From Octopus vulgaris (taxonomy: Eukaryota), in assembly GCA_951406725.2 (NCBI GenBank), contig OX597821.1, positions 69,130,001 through 69,194,000 of the forward strand: 64,000 nucleotides of DNA. Reading direction: 5' to 3'. The position numbers were made by a program, and so were the translations under genes. Positions 50,525-64,000 of this stretch are shown one piece after another (the first letter of the stretch is position 1; each line of letters begins with the position of its first letter). Below the pieces are notes generated by a model. The model saw nothing but the letters and a program-made list of their open reading frames with translations. It was not told where the DNA came from and made no database searches.

Positions 50525-50787
50525 TTTTGGATTTGGTTTGCAAGATTCTTTATATGAGTTTGTGCGTTGAAGCATATTCTGTTGTGTCTGGGAAAAGTCA
50601 TTTTCTTTTTGTGCCTTATAATTTAACACACTCACCGGTAAAATTTCCACTTATTTCTTATTTTTATTTTCCTAAAATTTTCGTTGCATCTTGCAACCTT
50701 TTCAATAGTCAAGACTATTGCACCGGTGAGTGTATTAAATTATAAAGCACAAAAAGAAAATGACTCTCTCCAGATACAACAAGATAT
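50525..50787 (-). mobile_element. Penelope-like pLTR fold-back
   Basis: Arms at about 50581-50639 and 50722-50781 are inverted; central palindrome CAATAGTC-AA-GACTATTG; hammerhead motif in the left arm. Confidence 0.8.
50672..50708 (-). ncRNA. Minimal hammerhead ribozyme motif with U3-A8 compensatory core
   Basis: RNA: CUA-UUGAAAA-G-GUUGC-AAGAU-GCAAC-GAAA-AU-UU-UAG; stem I CUA/UAG, perfect 5-bp stem II, palindromic AAUU stem III. Confidence 0.7.
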
Positions 50788-52834
50788 AGTAGTGTTTTAT
50801 TAAATACCTAACAGTATTTAATTTCACACCATTACATTCTGAGTTCAAACATCATCAATGGTAAGGTTTTTCTTTTTTTTTTGTCTTGTTCCTCTGGTAT
50901 AAATAACATACAATAAATACCAGTTATATGCCAGAGTCAATTTGTTATACTCCCTTCAAAAGCACCATCATCATTTAACATCTGTTTTCCATACTCGTGT
51001 GGGTTGGACAGTTTGACAGGAACTGATGAGCCAGAGGACTGTGCCAAGCTCCAGTGTTTGCTTTGGGATGGTTCCTGTGGCTGGGTATCCTTCTTAATGC
51101 TCCCTTTCCACTTACAAGTTTCTAGTTTTGTACTAACATAAGAAATTTCCATTGTTATTATTGGAGTGCAGCAGCTGAGAAAAGAATATGCTATGTTTCT
51201 GGTTTTATGATCATGAGTTCATAACCTTATACATGTTTAGGGGTGTTACCTGATACAGGACCCTCAATCCAACTTCCTTTGGGTTTTATGTCTATAAAAA
51301 AAAAAAAAAAATCATTATTATTGTTATGGTAATGGATGTGATACTTATATCCTTCTCTCTCTTGTTTGTGTTACCCCTATTATATCCTATCCTACCCCCA
51401 GAACATACACAACCTTGTGTCATGATCTTTCTTCCCCCAGAATGTCAACTTATCAGAAATCCATTACCACCCATATTTTTCTCCTGCAGAAGCTGATTTA
51501 TAGATGTTCCAGCTGAACATGAGCAATATTGATCTAACCGATCTCAGAGGGTCTGCAAAGGTCAGGAGCACAGCCTTCACACACCAGACCAAGCAATAAT
51601 AAATAAATATAAAACAAAATTGAATGAGGAAATGTACCTGTTGCAGATCAAAGAAGTCTAGGGATGAAGTAGTTAGATCACACTGAGGGGGAAATTACAG
51701 GATTGAAAGATAAATAAAGGGAATGAGAGATAGAAAGATAGAATGCGACAGAACAAACCAATTCATATCTACATAGAAAAAAATTAATGGTGATACAACA
51801 GAGGATTATGTTAATGATATGATGATGGTATTGATAGTGGATTAGTTTCTTTACTTGATTTATGCAATGTATCCTTATAATGGATTCTGTCCAGCTTTTG
51901 TATTGTAGACTCACACAGTTCCAGCTATTTTACATTATCACTTGCTACCACTCTTCTTTCTCTTCAGCTCTGACCTATATCTACTGATCACTAATAATTT
52001 TTTCTTTGGACAGTATTTCTATAAATTCTGCTCATTATCAGTTCTATCTGTATGCCAATATAATCTTTGTTATTTTCATTGCCGACACTGTAGCTTGCTT
52101 TGATTCCCAAATGCCCTTTATGTTAATATGGATTCAACTTTATACAATGCATCCAATGTGTCATTTTTAACTCATTTCATTGCAGTGATAAAGGAAAATG
52201 GTTAAAGACTTGTTACAAAATATGAATTTACTTTTAATATCTCAGAGCTTTCAAGAGCCAATTTGTAGCTCTAGTTTCATAATATTAAGTAGATGAGAGA
52301 TAAAATCTTCTTCCTGGATAGGATGCCAGTCTATCACAAGTAATATTTCCAAATAATCTGAACCGTATTCCTGTTAAATAAACTAAGACGGTGTAGAATA
52401 AACTGGTGTAGAATAAAATTTGGCAAAAAGCCTACACCAGATTTTAACTCCTAAAATTATCTTATGGAAAGCTAGCTCAGTATTTTATTTCCTCAGCTAT
52501 CTTGACTTCCACTAGAGAGCCCTTTTTTTCACTTCTCTCTCTTTTACCCTATTTCTCTGTTGCTAGCTCACACCCTGCTACAGTTAACCCACTAAATTTA
52601 CACATGCAACTGTTTTATGAAACCTGTTTGTTTATTCTTGAAGTTCATAATTTTCTTTTACAAAAATATGCGTAGATGTGGTAGTGTGGTAAGAAGTTTT
52701 GCTTTCAAACTACATGGTTCCAGGTTCAGTCCCAGTGCTTGGCATCTTGGGCATGTGTCTCCTACTATAGCTGTAGACCGGCTAAAGCTTATGAGTGGAT
52801 TTGGTAGATGGGTGAGAACTGAAAGAAGCCCATC

Positions 52835-52879
<45 letters not shown>

Positions 52880-55800
52880 TATACATACATACATGCTTGT
52901 GTGTGTGTCTTTGAGTTTGTCCCCCTCCCCACTTTCTAACTGGTTTTGATTTGCATATGTCTCTGTAACTTAGAGGTTCGGCTAAAGAGACTGATAGAAT
53001 AAGTACCAGGCTTGAAAATATGTACTGGTGGGGTGGGAGTGGTCAGTTTGTTCAATTTAATCCTTTAAAGTGGTTCCCCAGCATTGCTGCAGTCTGAGTG
53101 AAACGAGTAGGGAAAAAAAAACAAAACTGTGCTGCAGTTCATCAATAGATGCATTGAGTACTAAGTTCATTGCTATAAAACTGGTAAGTACCCCTCCCCC
53201 CTCCTGTTGTTGCTTTGTCAGGCTCTATATCTTACATTAATATTTAAAAATTATATTTGTTATTAACCGTGCACTCTTTACACAAACATGTACCAAGTCA
53301 CATAGACACATGTAGTCACGCACCCAGTCAAATATATCCATTCATATGCACATGTAGTCATTTACACATATGCAATTACAAACACACACAAAATCAATCA
53401 AATACAGTCATAAACACATATATTCATTCATTCATTCATTCGTACACATCAGAAACACACATAAGCACATGCACAGTTATGCATCCTCATTCAAACTGTC
53501 ACATATTCAAGTGTCTGCCAGTTCATTAAGATGCTTACCGCTCTGTGACTGACTAACTACCTGAGCTGTTCAACAGAATGATTTATGGCTCTTTTAATTT
53601 GTAAGATAAAATTCTTCCACTAATATTTTTTGGCACCCAAAGTACTAGCACTTGAAAGTAAAGAATCATTTCCTTAAAAATTCTCCCCTCCCCACCGAAA
53701 TCCAGTTTAGTCTTGAACAGTAGTTATGAAACAGTTTGCTCTGGTGCACTGCTGGAGGTATAATTTTGTTTTGCACATGTAGTATGATTAACAAAACAAA
53801 GTAAGCAATAGTTTTTTTCTCTTTTTTTTTTTAAATTTAATTTTTTAGCTTTAAAACAGTTTGCTTTTTTAAAACTTTACATGTGAAGTGCACCAGTTAA
53901 ATCAGTTAAATCTCTATTGTGCCACAAAGTCTGAAAGATTAAGAACCATTGATCGAAAGAAAGGGATGTAGAACAAACAATCTGCTTTGTTTTGATTCTG
54001 TTGTTCTTGTGGCACCCCAGGTCAGTGCTGATCCAGCTGATCTACAATCAAAGGTATTCCAGCCATGATCATCCTGTCTTTTCTTCTTTTTTTTTATTAT
54101 TTAAATTTTTTTATTTATTTATTTTTTTTTCAAACTTAATCTATCTCGGATTTTACTTTCCGTTCAATGTGTGTTGTAATTTATTCTTTTGAAGAGTCAG
54201 TCTCCAACCCATAGAGTTATTTCAGACTTAAGTAGTTGTTGGCTAACAAAGTAGTTGTTTCATCATTATCATCATCTTTTATCTTTTGCTTGACTGTGGC
54301 CATGCTGGGGCACCACCTTGAAGAATTTTAGCCAAATGAATTGACCCCAGTACTTATTTCTTTAAGCCTGGTACTTATTCTATTGGCCTTTTTTGCCACA
54401 CCACTTAGTTACAAGGACGTAAACAAACCAACACCAGTTGTCAAGCACACACACACACACACACATGCGCACGCACACACAGGCTTCTTTCAGTTTCCAT
54501 CTGCCAAATCCACTCACAAGGCTTTGGTTGGCCTGAAGCTGTAGTACGAGACGCTTACCAAAGATGTCACACACTGGGACTGAACCCGGAACCATGTGAT
54601 TTGGAAGCAAACTTCTTACCACACAGCCATGCCTGTGCCACTTTCTCATGCTTGCATTAGTTGAGGTGGATCTTCTACAGCCTGATGCCATTCCTGTTAC
54701 CAATGCTCACTTGTTTCCAAGCAGGGTAATATTTCTCCATGGGCCAAGCATATTTCCCTTGGAATACTGCAAATGAACAACATTGCTGATATTGCGGTGA
54801 TGCTCGTTTACAATCAGCACATACTAAGTGGTGAGCATGCATGTGACCTAAAATAATTCTACTTTTAGTAACATAAACAATATGAGGCAGTTATAGAATA
54901 TTCTGTATTGCATGCACAATAATAAAAAAAAAAGAGCTTTTAGAAAAGCTGTTAAAAAAGTTAGTAAATCATGAATGAAGCAAAACCTTAGTAATTAGCA
55001 GCACAAAATATTACAAGAATATTTTGGAGATATCATAATATCTTTTGGAGAGATTATAATGGTTAAAATAAACAAGCATTCTTGTTCTTTTTGGTCTGTT
55101 AGGAGTGTCTGTTGTAATTGCAGTAGAGTGATGACTTGATAGGTCCTCATCTTCTCTTTCCAAAATTATGTTATCATTATTGTTTGAGCAGTTAAGTGAG
55201 AGAATAGCATATTTTAAAGGTTTGCCATTTTCATCAGTTATATCGAGTCGAGATCTCAAGATAAATGACTTGCTGATACTGTATTGCACCTCCCTGCTGC
55301 AATATAATTAGGAAGTACTGGTATGGTTGGCACCAGTGTATTTCAATCAGTAATCCCTCATTTCATGTAATGGGTCATTTCTGATAGACAAACTTTTTTT
55401 TATTGTCTTTTATGATGAATCATCTGGTGTTTGCAGTGTTGAGCTACATCTGTAAACATTATGCTGGGAGATGATTACATCTTTAAAACCCTAGAAGGCA
55501 TTGATATAATATTTATCGAAGCACATGGGAACTCTCTATTCCTTTGTTTTATCATCCTGTTTGTACTAAATGTAATTAAGTAGTTTTCCATATCATTCCA
55601 TTGTATTATTTTGTTCGTTCCATGATGGATATTAAAGAATCTTTCTAATCGTACAAACAACATTCCATCAACTTAAGAATTCTCAAAATTCAGAGCTTCC
55701 AAATTGAGAGCCACAATGTGTTGATAAAATCATAAAAGCTTAAGGTGTCAAAGACACTAGTTCTCTGTTTGTAATATATATCCCTGTTTTTGTTTGTAGC

Positions 55801-57624
55801 TTTTTTTCTTCTTTTTGCAATGAATATAGTGTTATTTAACAGTCCACTTTCTTTGCTGCTTGTAATGACATTTTATTACTCTTAAATTATTACTCTTTTT
55901 TTTCTTTGTAATTTTGGATCACACTATATCCAACATAGTAACCAGTTGCTGTAGCACTGAGAAATAAATCGATTCTATCAATTAATTTTTGAATTTATTT
56001 TACAAGAATTTTTATGAGAAATAATTTTTTGAAGTTGATATTGTTGTACATTGGGAACGTCATTTTGCCAGTATATACAAGCACTGGTTTTAGTTCACTT
56101 CAATTTATTTTCAATTAATGAAATCATAAAATTTTAGTGACACCACTGTAATCTTCTCAATGACTTTCCAGTCTGTAACTGATTTTTCTTTTTTGTGTTT
56201 TCAAGCATATGTATGGGTTGTCTCATTCATGGTTTGTTTAGATTATATCTGTTATTCATATGATTTTCATTTTCTTGTGTTTTTTGCCAACACAAGATTG
56301 CATATATGTAAGTGAATATGTGTATGTGTGTTGACTTCAGTTGAGTTTAAGCTTATTTGATCTTTGTTCTTGTTTTGTTGTTGTGGATGTGGTTGTGGGT
56401 CTGTTGCTAATTCATTCATTCGTGTTATTGATTCACAATCACCTGGCAGTATGTGTAGTAATTCTGTAACCTATTGGAGTGTTGAATCTTTTAGTTATGG
56501 GGAAAACTTTATTTCTTCAGCATTGGCCAGTGTGGTGTCACGTAAAAGCGACCATGTGATGCTACATAAAAGTGCCTGTATGGTTCCATGTAAAAGCACC
56601 CAGCACACTCTGTAAAGTGGTTGGCATTAGGAAGGGCATCTAGCTGTAGAAACTATACCAAATCAGACTGGAGTCAGATGCAGATCTACAGCTTGCTAGC
56701 TCTGGTCAAACTGTTCAACCCATGCCAGCATGGACAATGGGTGTTAAATGATGATGATGGGATGTATTTCTGTATGACATGTTCTTAGAGTCTGGAGGTA
56801 TCGGCTTCTTTTCATTGTATTAACACTAGTGCACTGTGTTCCTTTTGCTTATGCTTCAAGTTGCTTCTATATATGTTGTGATAATGTCTTTAGACCAGCC
56901 TTCAGTTTACATTATGTGGTAAACGACAAGCTAGTTTTGCTGAACACTCACAAACCACAGACTCACAAGTCAATTAAAGTCAACCAATACACACAGACAA
57001 ACCACAAACAAACCCACAAGCCACATATCTTCAAACCATATATGTGTACACACACACTTTTGTTAGCATCAACAACTGCAGGAACAAGCAAAGGAAAATG
57101 AAAAAAGAAAAAGAAATGCATTATATAAAATTACATCCTTGCATAACTTACAAACAACACACACACACATTCTTATGTTAACACTAACAAAAACAGTAAC
57201 ATGAGAATGCACCTTCACACACTTGACAACATAAGCACAAGGAAGAAAGAAAACCACTTGCAGAAGAGGGGGTAATCGTTGGAAAGGGCAACAATAGTGC
57301 AACAAAAACTTCATAACAAACTGGCACTCCATTGGTTATGACAACAAGGTTTCCAGTAGATCTAGCCAACAGAACAACTTGCTCATGAAATTCATGTGCA
57401 AGTGGCTAAGCACTCCTCAGTCATGTGTACCTTCAATGTAGACATTGGGAGATTCAGCATAACACAGAATGTGACGAGACTGGCCCTTTGAATTGAAAGT
57501 ACAATTCATTTTTGCCAGCTCAGTGGACTGGACCAACATGAAATAAGGTGCCATGTTCAAGGACACAAGACACCTTCATAAATTGAACTCATGAGCTGAA
57601 TAATCTAACCACTAAACCACCTAA

Positions 57625-57990
57625 GAGACTGACACAATGCATCAGTCCTCTCTGTTCTCCTCTGAGGAGCAGAAACATGGCCCCTTGCAAAGACCCTGGC
57701 AAAGACGATTGGTGGCTTTGATAGCAGAGCCCTGAGAACTATCAAGAACATCAGATGGTACCATCACATTTCCAATGAAGAACTGCATGTGCACATGCAC
57801 CAGCCTGCAGTCTCCCACCTCATGGTATGGACATGTTCTCTTCTTCCCGCCAGACTATCTCACCAGGCCCTTTCTCTCACTTGATACAGTAGCCGTGGGC
57901 TGGGTGAGGCCTCGTGACAGGCTGTGATTAGCACCAAATACCTGGTTGTGATTAAGGAAGATCTCCAGAAGCTTGACATCATCGTGGCGG
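57625..57990 (+). mobile_element. RTE-clade LINE 3' fragment (decayed)
   Basis: VLSVLL*GAETWPLAKTLAKTIGGFDSRALRTIKNIRWYHHISNEEL...WYGHVL. Confidence 0.8.
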
Positions 57991-58960
57991 ATGCAAGGTT
58001 GTGCCCCAGCCTGACCACAGTCTAATGACTGATACAAGTACAACATAACAGCTTTAGGCTTTTATAGAACCAGAAGCTTTAATATTAGACCATATTCAAC
58101 GTACTGCAGAGTGGGATTGAACCTGAAGCCTTGTGGTTTCTACACAGCTGCATATGCATCCATATGACCCCTATTTAGTCAAACAAAATGCATGTGGATG
58201 TAACCATTACATGGTTAACAATTAATAAATTCATAACAAACACAGCAAGATGTTTTAATTGTTTGTAATTTTGTAAACACACTGGTTGTCATCTCTCACT
58301 TGCAAGATTGTTTGATATTCTGGCATTGAAAACAAACACTGAAAACAACAAAACTGTTGGTGCCCTACTTGGACCATTTCCAGCCCAAATATTCTATATG
58401 TTTTATGTTGAAAGTGGCCAGATCCAGCATCTTACACCTACCCAACATTTGTCATTCTAAAAATAAACAGTCGTGTTTTCTAAGTCTTGAAGCTATGAGA
58501 TAATGCATTATTAATTCAAAACAATATGAATGAATAACCATTACATTTGACAGTCAAATTTAAATGCTGAAGGGTTAACAGACACTTGACAGGAACCTAA
58601 AAATAGAATTTTTTTTGGTACGAATATTCTAATAATCACATTCCCACACACAAGCAAACGTGTATCCGCTCTTCTTCTTGTACACTCTTATGCATGTGCA
58701 CAGACATTCACATATGCATGTATGCATATAGTTAAACATATATTTATATTAACAAATACACATGCATGCATGTGTGTGCGCGCACGCATGCATACACGCA
58801 CACAAAATTAAGAAGTGAGCAATTATGAAATAAGGTTAAATTTTCTGGGATGCAATTAAGTACATTCCATTGTAAAAATATTGCTCTAAAAATTTTCATG
58901 TGAGTGCTGTCATCTAAACACACATAAACAGTCATTCACACACAAAATTTGCATGCACAC

Positions 58961-58964
<4 letters not shown>

Positions 58965-59021
<57 letters not shown>
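58965..59021. repeat. (CA)n microsatellite
   Basis: Direct observation; similar long tracts at 6539-6594 (TAT), 8381-8430 (TAT), 10219-10257 (TG) and 36269-36340 (AT/GT). Confidence 0.95.
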
Positions 59022-59023
<2 letters not shown>

Positions 59024-59904
59024 AGCATTAGCATTCACTTACTTGCACACACACATGGATATTCATTCACTCACATGCATACACACTTGGAAACACCACT
59101 CATACTCACTCACTCACTCACTCTCAACTTTCATCCACTCCTATTTGCTCACTCACTCTTATTTCATTCACTAATGACGCTTTCACTCAGACACTCACTC
59201 CCAACTTTCACTCATTCATATTCAAGCCTGTCTTAAGTCACTTGTTGAAATCAGAGGTATATTAACATGTCAATCTTCATAACTGGAATTTCTTTGTTGA
59301 TTTTATCCAGTCAGAGTTGGTGACTGTGAACACGAGGACTGAACTGTTAAATGCTGGAGTATCTTCTTTTACTTGTTTCAGTCAATTGACTATGGCCATG
59401 CTGGAGCACTGTTTTGAAGAACTTTTAGTCAAACGAATTGACCTCAGGATTTATTTGTTTTTTTTTTTTTGTTTTTTTTGGTTTAAGCTGGTACTTATTC
59501 TGTCAGTCTCTTTTGCAGAACTGCTAAGTTATGGAGTTATAAACACACCAACATTGGTTGTCAGGTGGTGCTGGTAGAGGCGACGGGGAACAAAGACACA
59601 CACACGCACTCATGCGCACTCACATATATAGATATGTATGCAACGGGCTTCTTTCAATTTACATCTACCAAATCCACTCACAAGGCTTGGTTGTCCCCAG
59701 GCTATAGTAGAAGGCATTTACCCAAAGGGCCATGCAGTGGGACTGAACCCAGAACCCTGTGGTTTGGAAGTAACTTCTTACCACACAGCCACACCTGCAG
59801 CTATGTATGTTGATTTTGAATATAGCAAAGAGAAATAAAGTCCTAGGAGCTGTAGGTAGGTTTTAGTGAAGATAATAATTCCAAAATTATTTTGCTTTTG
59901 AACA

Positions 59905-60288
59905 TCTCTCTCTATATAAACGGCAGTTTGTCTGTGCGTGTTTCTGTGTGTCTGTTTTCTCGTACCCTCACTCTGACCACGGCTTTCAACCGATTCTGAT
60001 GAAACTTGACACACACATAGCCCAAGGTCATAATTCAAAACTAACGCAGCGAAAATTTTGAAAAGTTCCCCCAGTTCTGAAAAAAAATCGATAAATTCGA
60101 CATGGGGTCGAGAATCAGAAACCCAAACCACAGACCGTCTAGGGGACGCAACTCCACCTTTTTTAACTCTAAAAAAATTTACCATCATTTTTCCCCCATT
60201 TTTTTGCTATTTTTTGGCTATAACTCTCTAAAAATGCTTTATAGTTATTTCCCTTACAAACCCGAGCAACGCCGGGCGATACTGCTAG
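59905..60288 (+). mobile_element. Non-autonomous Helitron
   Basis: 5' TC after host A(59904), 3' hairpin CCCG-AGCAACGC-CGGG, terminal CTAG followed by host T(60289); no TSD; CpGs retained. Confidence 0.88.
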
Positions 60289-61434
60289 TATTAGCTAAAA
60301 CACAACACTGAATCAGTGAGGTAACGTTTGTATGGTTACTCTGACCGCTAGAAATAGCAGCTAAATCGTATTCAAATCGCAATCTATCATACAATAGATT
60401 TCTTTAGTTTTCTTTGTGACATACCTATACTACTTCTGAAAAGGCAGAATCGTCATGACTGGAATGCCTTTGATCACCAGCCTGTTCAACCATGCTTGAC
60501 CTGCAACTAAACAAGAAAGCAACAACTAATCTTATATGCTTATTATATATGCACCTTATATGTTTATTAAACATATTGCCATTCTTTACACTGTTGCTAC
60601 ACGGAAGACATGATTTTTTTCTTATGCATTTTTTCTACATTTATAGTAATGATATCTGTCAATTCCCTACATGCCCAACCCTATTTAACTTCATTTAAAG
60701 TGCCTCATAAATTTAAAAATCAATTATTTTTTTTATAGTCTAGAATGTTAAGAAGTCATTTTAAGAGAGAGGAGTTGTTATTTAGTCCACCCCCACTGCT
60801 GTTAGTACTGATCAAGCAGACTGTGACCAAAGGTGTTCTAATTATGACCATCCTGTCTTTTCAGTTGTCTTTTTCCTATGTGCAGCGAATCTGGAAGCAT
60901 GTGTTTTATTTTATTTTATTTTTTTGTCAGATGGTAGGATGTAATATGAAGGAGATTTGGTTGTTATTTGTAGCAGATCAAGTAAATATGTAGAAGCTCC
61001 CTCATTGGCTTTGTACTTAGTTGTTTTTATGTTGGTTTACTTTTGGTCAATCCTGAGAGGAGTCAGCTTGGAAGGTAGGCCTCAGACCCCACTTGGTTTC
61101 GAGAAAACCTGTGTGGTTACTCGACATGCTAGAAATAGTAGCCAAATCTCCTTCAAATTATATCCTACTGTCTTAAATAAAGAAAAATATGAAGTAATAT
61201 ATTTCTACATACCCCACCAAAAAACGATAAGGTCATGGCTGGAATGCCTTTAATCAAGGGGTTATGGGATCAGGGTCGATCTGGAGCTAAACAACAGGGC
61301 TACTGCTTAGGTCTTGGAAGAATTTAGTAGAGTTAACTCTGTTGTAAGCATTTAAACATTGGTTTTTACTGTGGTTGGGCTCATGGTTTTTCTATCATTT
61401 TTTTTTTTTTTGGCTTTCATCAAAATAGATGAAC

Positions 61435-61840
61435 ATCAATGGAATTTGTATCTTTGTGGTACCAGTGCCGGTGGCACACAAGAAAACCATCCGAATGTGG
61501 CCGTAGCCAGTACCGCATCGACTGGCCTCCGTGCTGTGGGCACGTAACAAACACCATCCGATCGTGGCCGTTCGCCAGCCTCATCTGGCACCTGTGTCGG
61601 TGGCACATAAAAACACCATCCGAGCATGGCCGTCTGCCAGCCTCGTCTGGCACCTGTGTCAGTGGCACATAAAATCACCCACTACACTCTCGGAGTGGTT
61701 GGCGTTAGGAAGGGCATCCAGCTGTAGAAACACTGCCAGATCTGACTGGCCTGGTGCAGCCTTCGGGCTCCCCAGACCCCAGTTGAACCATCCAACCCAT
61801 GCTAGCATGGAAAGCAGACGTTAAATGATGATGATGATAT
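61435..61840 (+). mobile_element. SINE-like repeat with internal approx. 60-bp tandem units and a (GAT)n tail
   Basis: Three CCATCCGA..TGGCCGT..GCCAG units, then GGTTGGCGTTAGGAAGGGCATCCAGCTGTAGAAAC...CCATGCTAGCATGG...GTTAAATGATGATGAT; older copies at about 14045-14230, 15260-15480(-), 24630-24810, 37230-37420(-), 42120-42950(-) and 56540-56760. Confidence 0.7.
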
Positions 61841-64000
61841 AATCATGATTTGATTATTAGCATCTGTTATATTCCATCATTTTACTTGTCTCACTCATTT
61901 GACTGCTGCTTTGCTGGGGCATTGCCTTGAAGGATTTAGTCATACAAATCGATCCCAGTATTTACTTTTAAAGTCTTGTACTTATTCTAGGGGTCTGTTT
62001 TGCTGAACCATTAAGTTATAAGGACAATAGTTGTCAAGTATGGGGATGGGACACACACACACACACACATATCTTTTTTCAATGTCTATCAGTTCTACTC
62101 ACAAGGCTTTGGTCAGCTCAAGGCTATCAGTAAAAGATGCCTGTCCAAAGTGCCACACTGTGGGACTGAACCTGAAACCAAGTGGTTTGGAAGCAAGCTT
62201 CTTACCAAGCAGTCATGCCTGCACCTATACTGAAATAGTAGATATAAATTATTGAAGTAGCTCTAACATGAATAGCTTCATTCATGTTAATCACTCAAGT
62301 GGTAGCATACACAGAAGTGAAAAGGAAGAGCATTTTTGTATTTTGGGGTATATGTCTTTGTTCAATGGCAGGGTTTGAAATCATACTTATATATATTGCT
62401 CAACTCTTTAGTCAGCCAATGACAATGTTCTACTTTACTATCAGTTTTTCTTTATTTCCTTTCATAACCAGTCTTTTTGAGATCACCAGAGTTCATAGGG
62501 TTAATGTTTAACCATTTTTGATACCACTCTACCTGAAGCTACCCACGGTTCTATAAGACAAACTGCCTGTTTTGAAGTGGTCTAAATTCAAAACCTCCCA
62601 TCGAAATTTCGCAGCTTAATAACGACAAAGTTATTCCTTGTTTTTTTTCAAAATTAGCTGAAACAAAAGAATTTTATTTCTCTAGAATAGCAAAAGGGTT
62701 AACTTTGGTTTCTATAGTAACGAATTGATGAATCAGATTTCTCCTTGGGTTGAATGCAGGTCACTCTAGCAAGAAATTGTGGTACTTTTTGTTGACAGCT
62801 TAAAATCTCCTGCACAGAAGCACAATAAAATAAATAGCTGTATTGGGTTCAAGATTATAGTTCAGTATCGTATTTAGTTACTCAGCTAGTTTGCTTTTTT
62901 TTTTTTTACATCTTAAAGACTGTTAATTTGTTGACAGTGATTGCTGGAGATGTCAGGAGTGAAGCTTGATGTAGCTGGCTCTTATATTTTCTGTACAAGA
63001 AAAGCTTACTGTGTTGTTAATCTGTAACAATCAATTGAGCTATATTTTTTAAAATTCTATAATTAGATTGATAATTACAATCTCAAACTGTAATTGTTAA
63101 AAAATCTACTCAACAATATCTGAAAAAAGGAAGCAGAAAGGTTCTGCCGTATCACTGTAGACATTGAGATATTGTGCTGCAAAGAAAATGCTATTGGCTT
63201 CCCTATGGAGTCTTTGATGTGTTATTTGATACTAAATGGGAAATGTTCCATTCTTATTCTATTTTACTGGGTTTTCTTTTTTTTTTTTAATTAGTACACA
63301 TGCCATACATCACATGCAGTGTTATAATGCGCTTAGTCAAAACAGCTAAATTTTCTAAAGTGTGTTTAAAAGTCATGAGCAGTAATGGTAAAATCTGTTT
63401 AGGTGGTATCTATTTGAAAAGGAAAGGTTATATGTAATCTATAGTGTCTTTACCATGGAAGAAAAGTATTTTTTCTCATTTCATTCTAGCTACAATGAAA
63501 ATGGAAACAAAACTAAAATTTCAATAACGTTTTGTTATGACATTTTCACTCTCTCGTACATTGTAACAAATGAAATAGAATATATAATGAAAGTTGTAAA
63601 CTAGAATTGGATTTACAGTTTTTGAAGAAGTTTCAATGACTGCACTGTTACTAGAGAATTATTTCACTTGTAACAAGCAGTTCATGAACTCCAGGGATTG
63701 GTCATTTACTTACTGCAAAATATATTCTCAGGTTGTCCCTAGAAAATCACAATTTATCTTTTATATGTGTCATTTCGTTTTGGCACATTTTTACTTTGTA
63801 TTCTTCAACTGAGTATGCAGCAGGTTCTAAACTAAGCAAGAAGTATGTGATATCAAACAAATCTATTTGTTTTGTATAAATGCTTGAAATAGTAACGGAG
63901 AGTAAGAAAACTTAAGATTGGTTCAAATATGTTTGATAGATATGTTAATAAATCTGTAAAGGCAAGTTGAAAGAGGTTTGTCAAGGAGAAAAATTTCTTG

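Noticed and set aside
51489-51559. Exon candidate after TTTTTCTCCTGCAG
   Set aside because: Stops in all three frames and a weak donor.
61480-61680. Regularly spaced approx. 60-bp repeats resembling a CRISPR array
   Set aside because: Whole units repeat without unique spacers, the context is a eukaryotic SINE-like element, and there are no cas genes.

Overview
AT-rich eukaryotic, non-coding-dominated DNA. The repeat content (tRNA-derived SINE families with CORE-like and Nin/Deu-like segments, dense CA/TA/ATT microsatellites) is what I recognise from coleoid cephalopods, most likely Octopus; this is inferred from family recognition, not a search. No intact protein-coding gene is visible, and almost all listed ORFs are repeat or microsatellite noise. 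T-rich + strand composition and a few well-formed + strand splice sites suggest the window lies inside a long intron of a + strand gene. Recognisable elements: a near full-length dead mariner, a hAT/Charlie fossil, hAT, Tc1 and piggyBac-type MITEs, a Helitron and a Helentron-like element, R4/Dong, RTE and Tx1-like LINE 3' fragments, and many SINEs. The two most interesting signals are (1) at least six minimal type-I hammerhead-ribozyme motifs from about five Penelope-like LTR-type families, four at or beside the apex of long fold-back elements and one carrying the compensatory U3-A8 core, and (2) a well-formed recursive splice site (polypyrimidine-CAG|GTAAGT) plus a set of phase-concordant candidate micro-exons.
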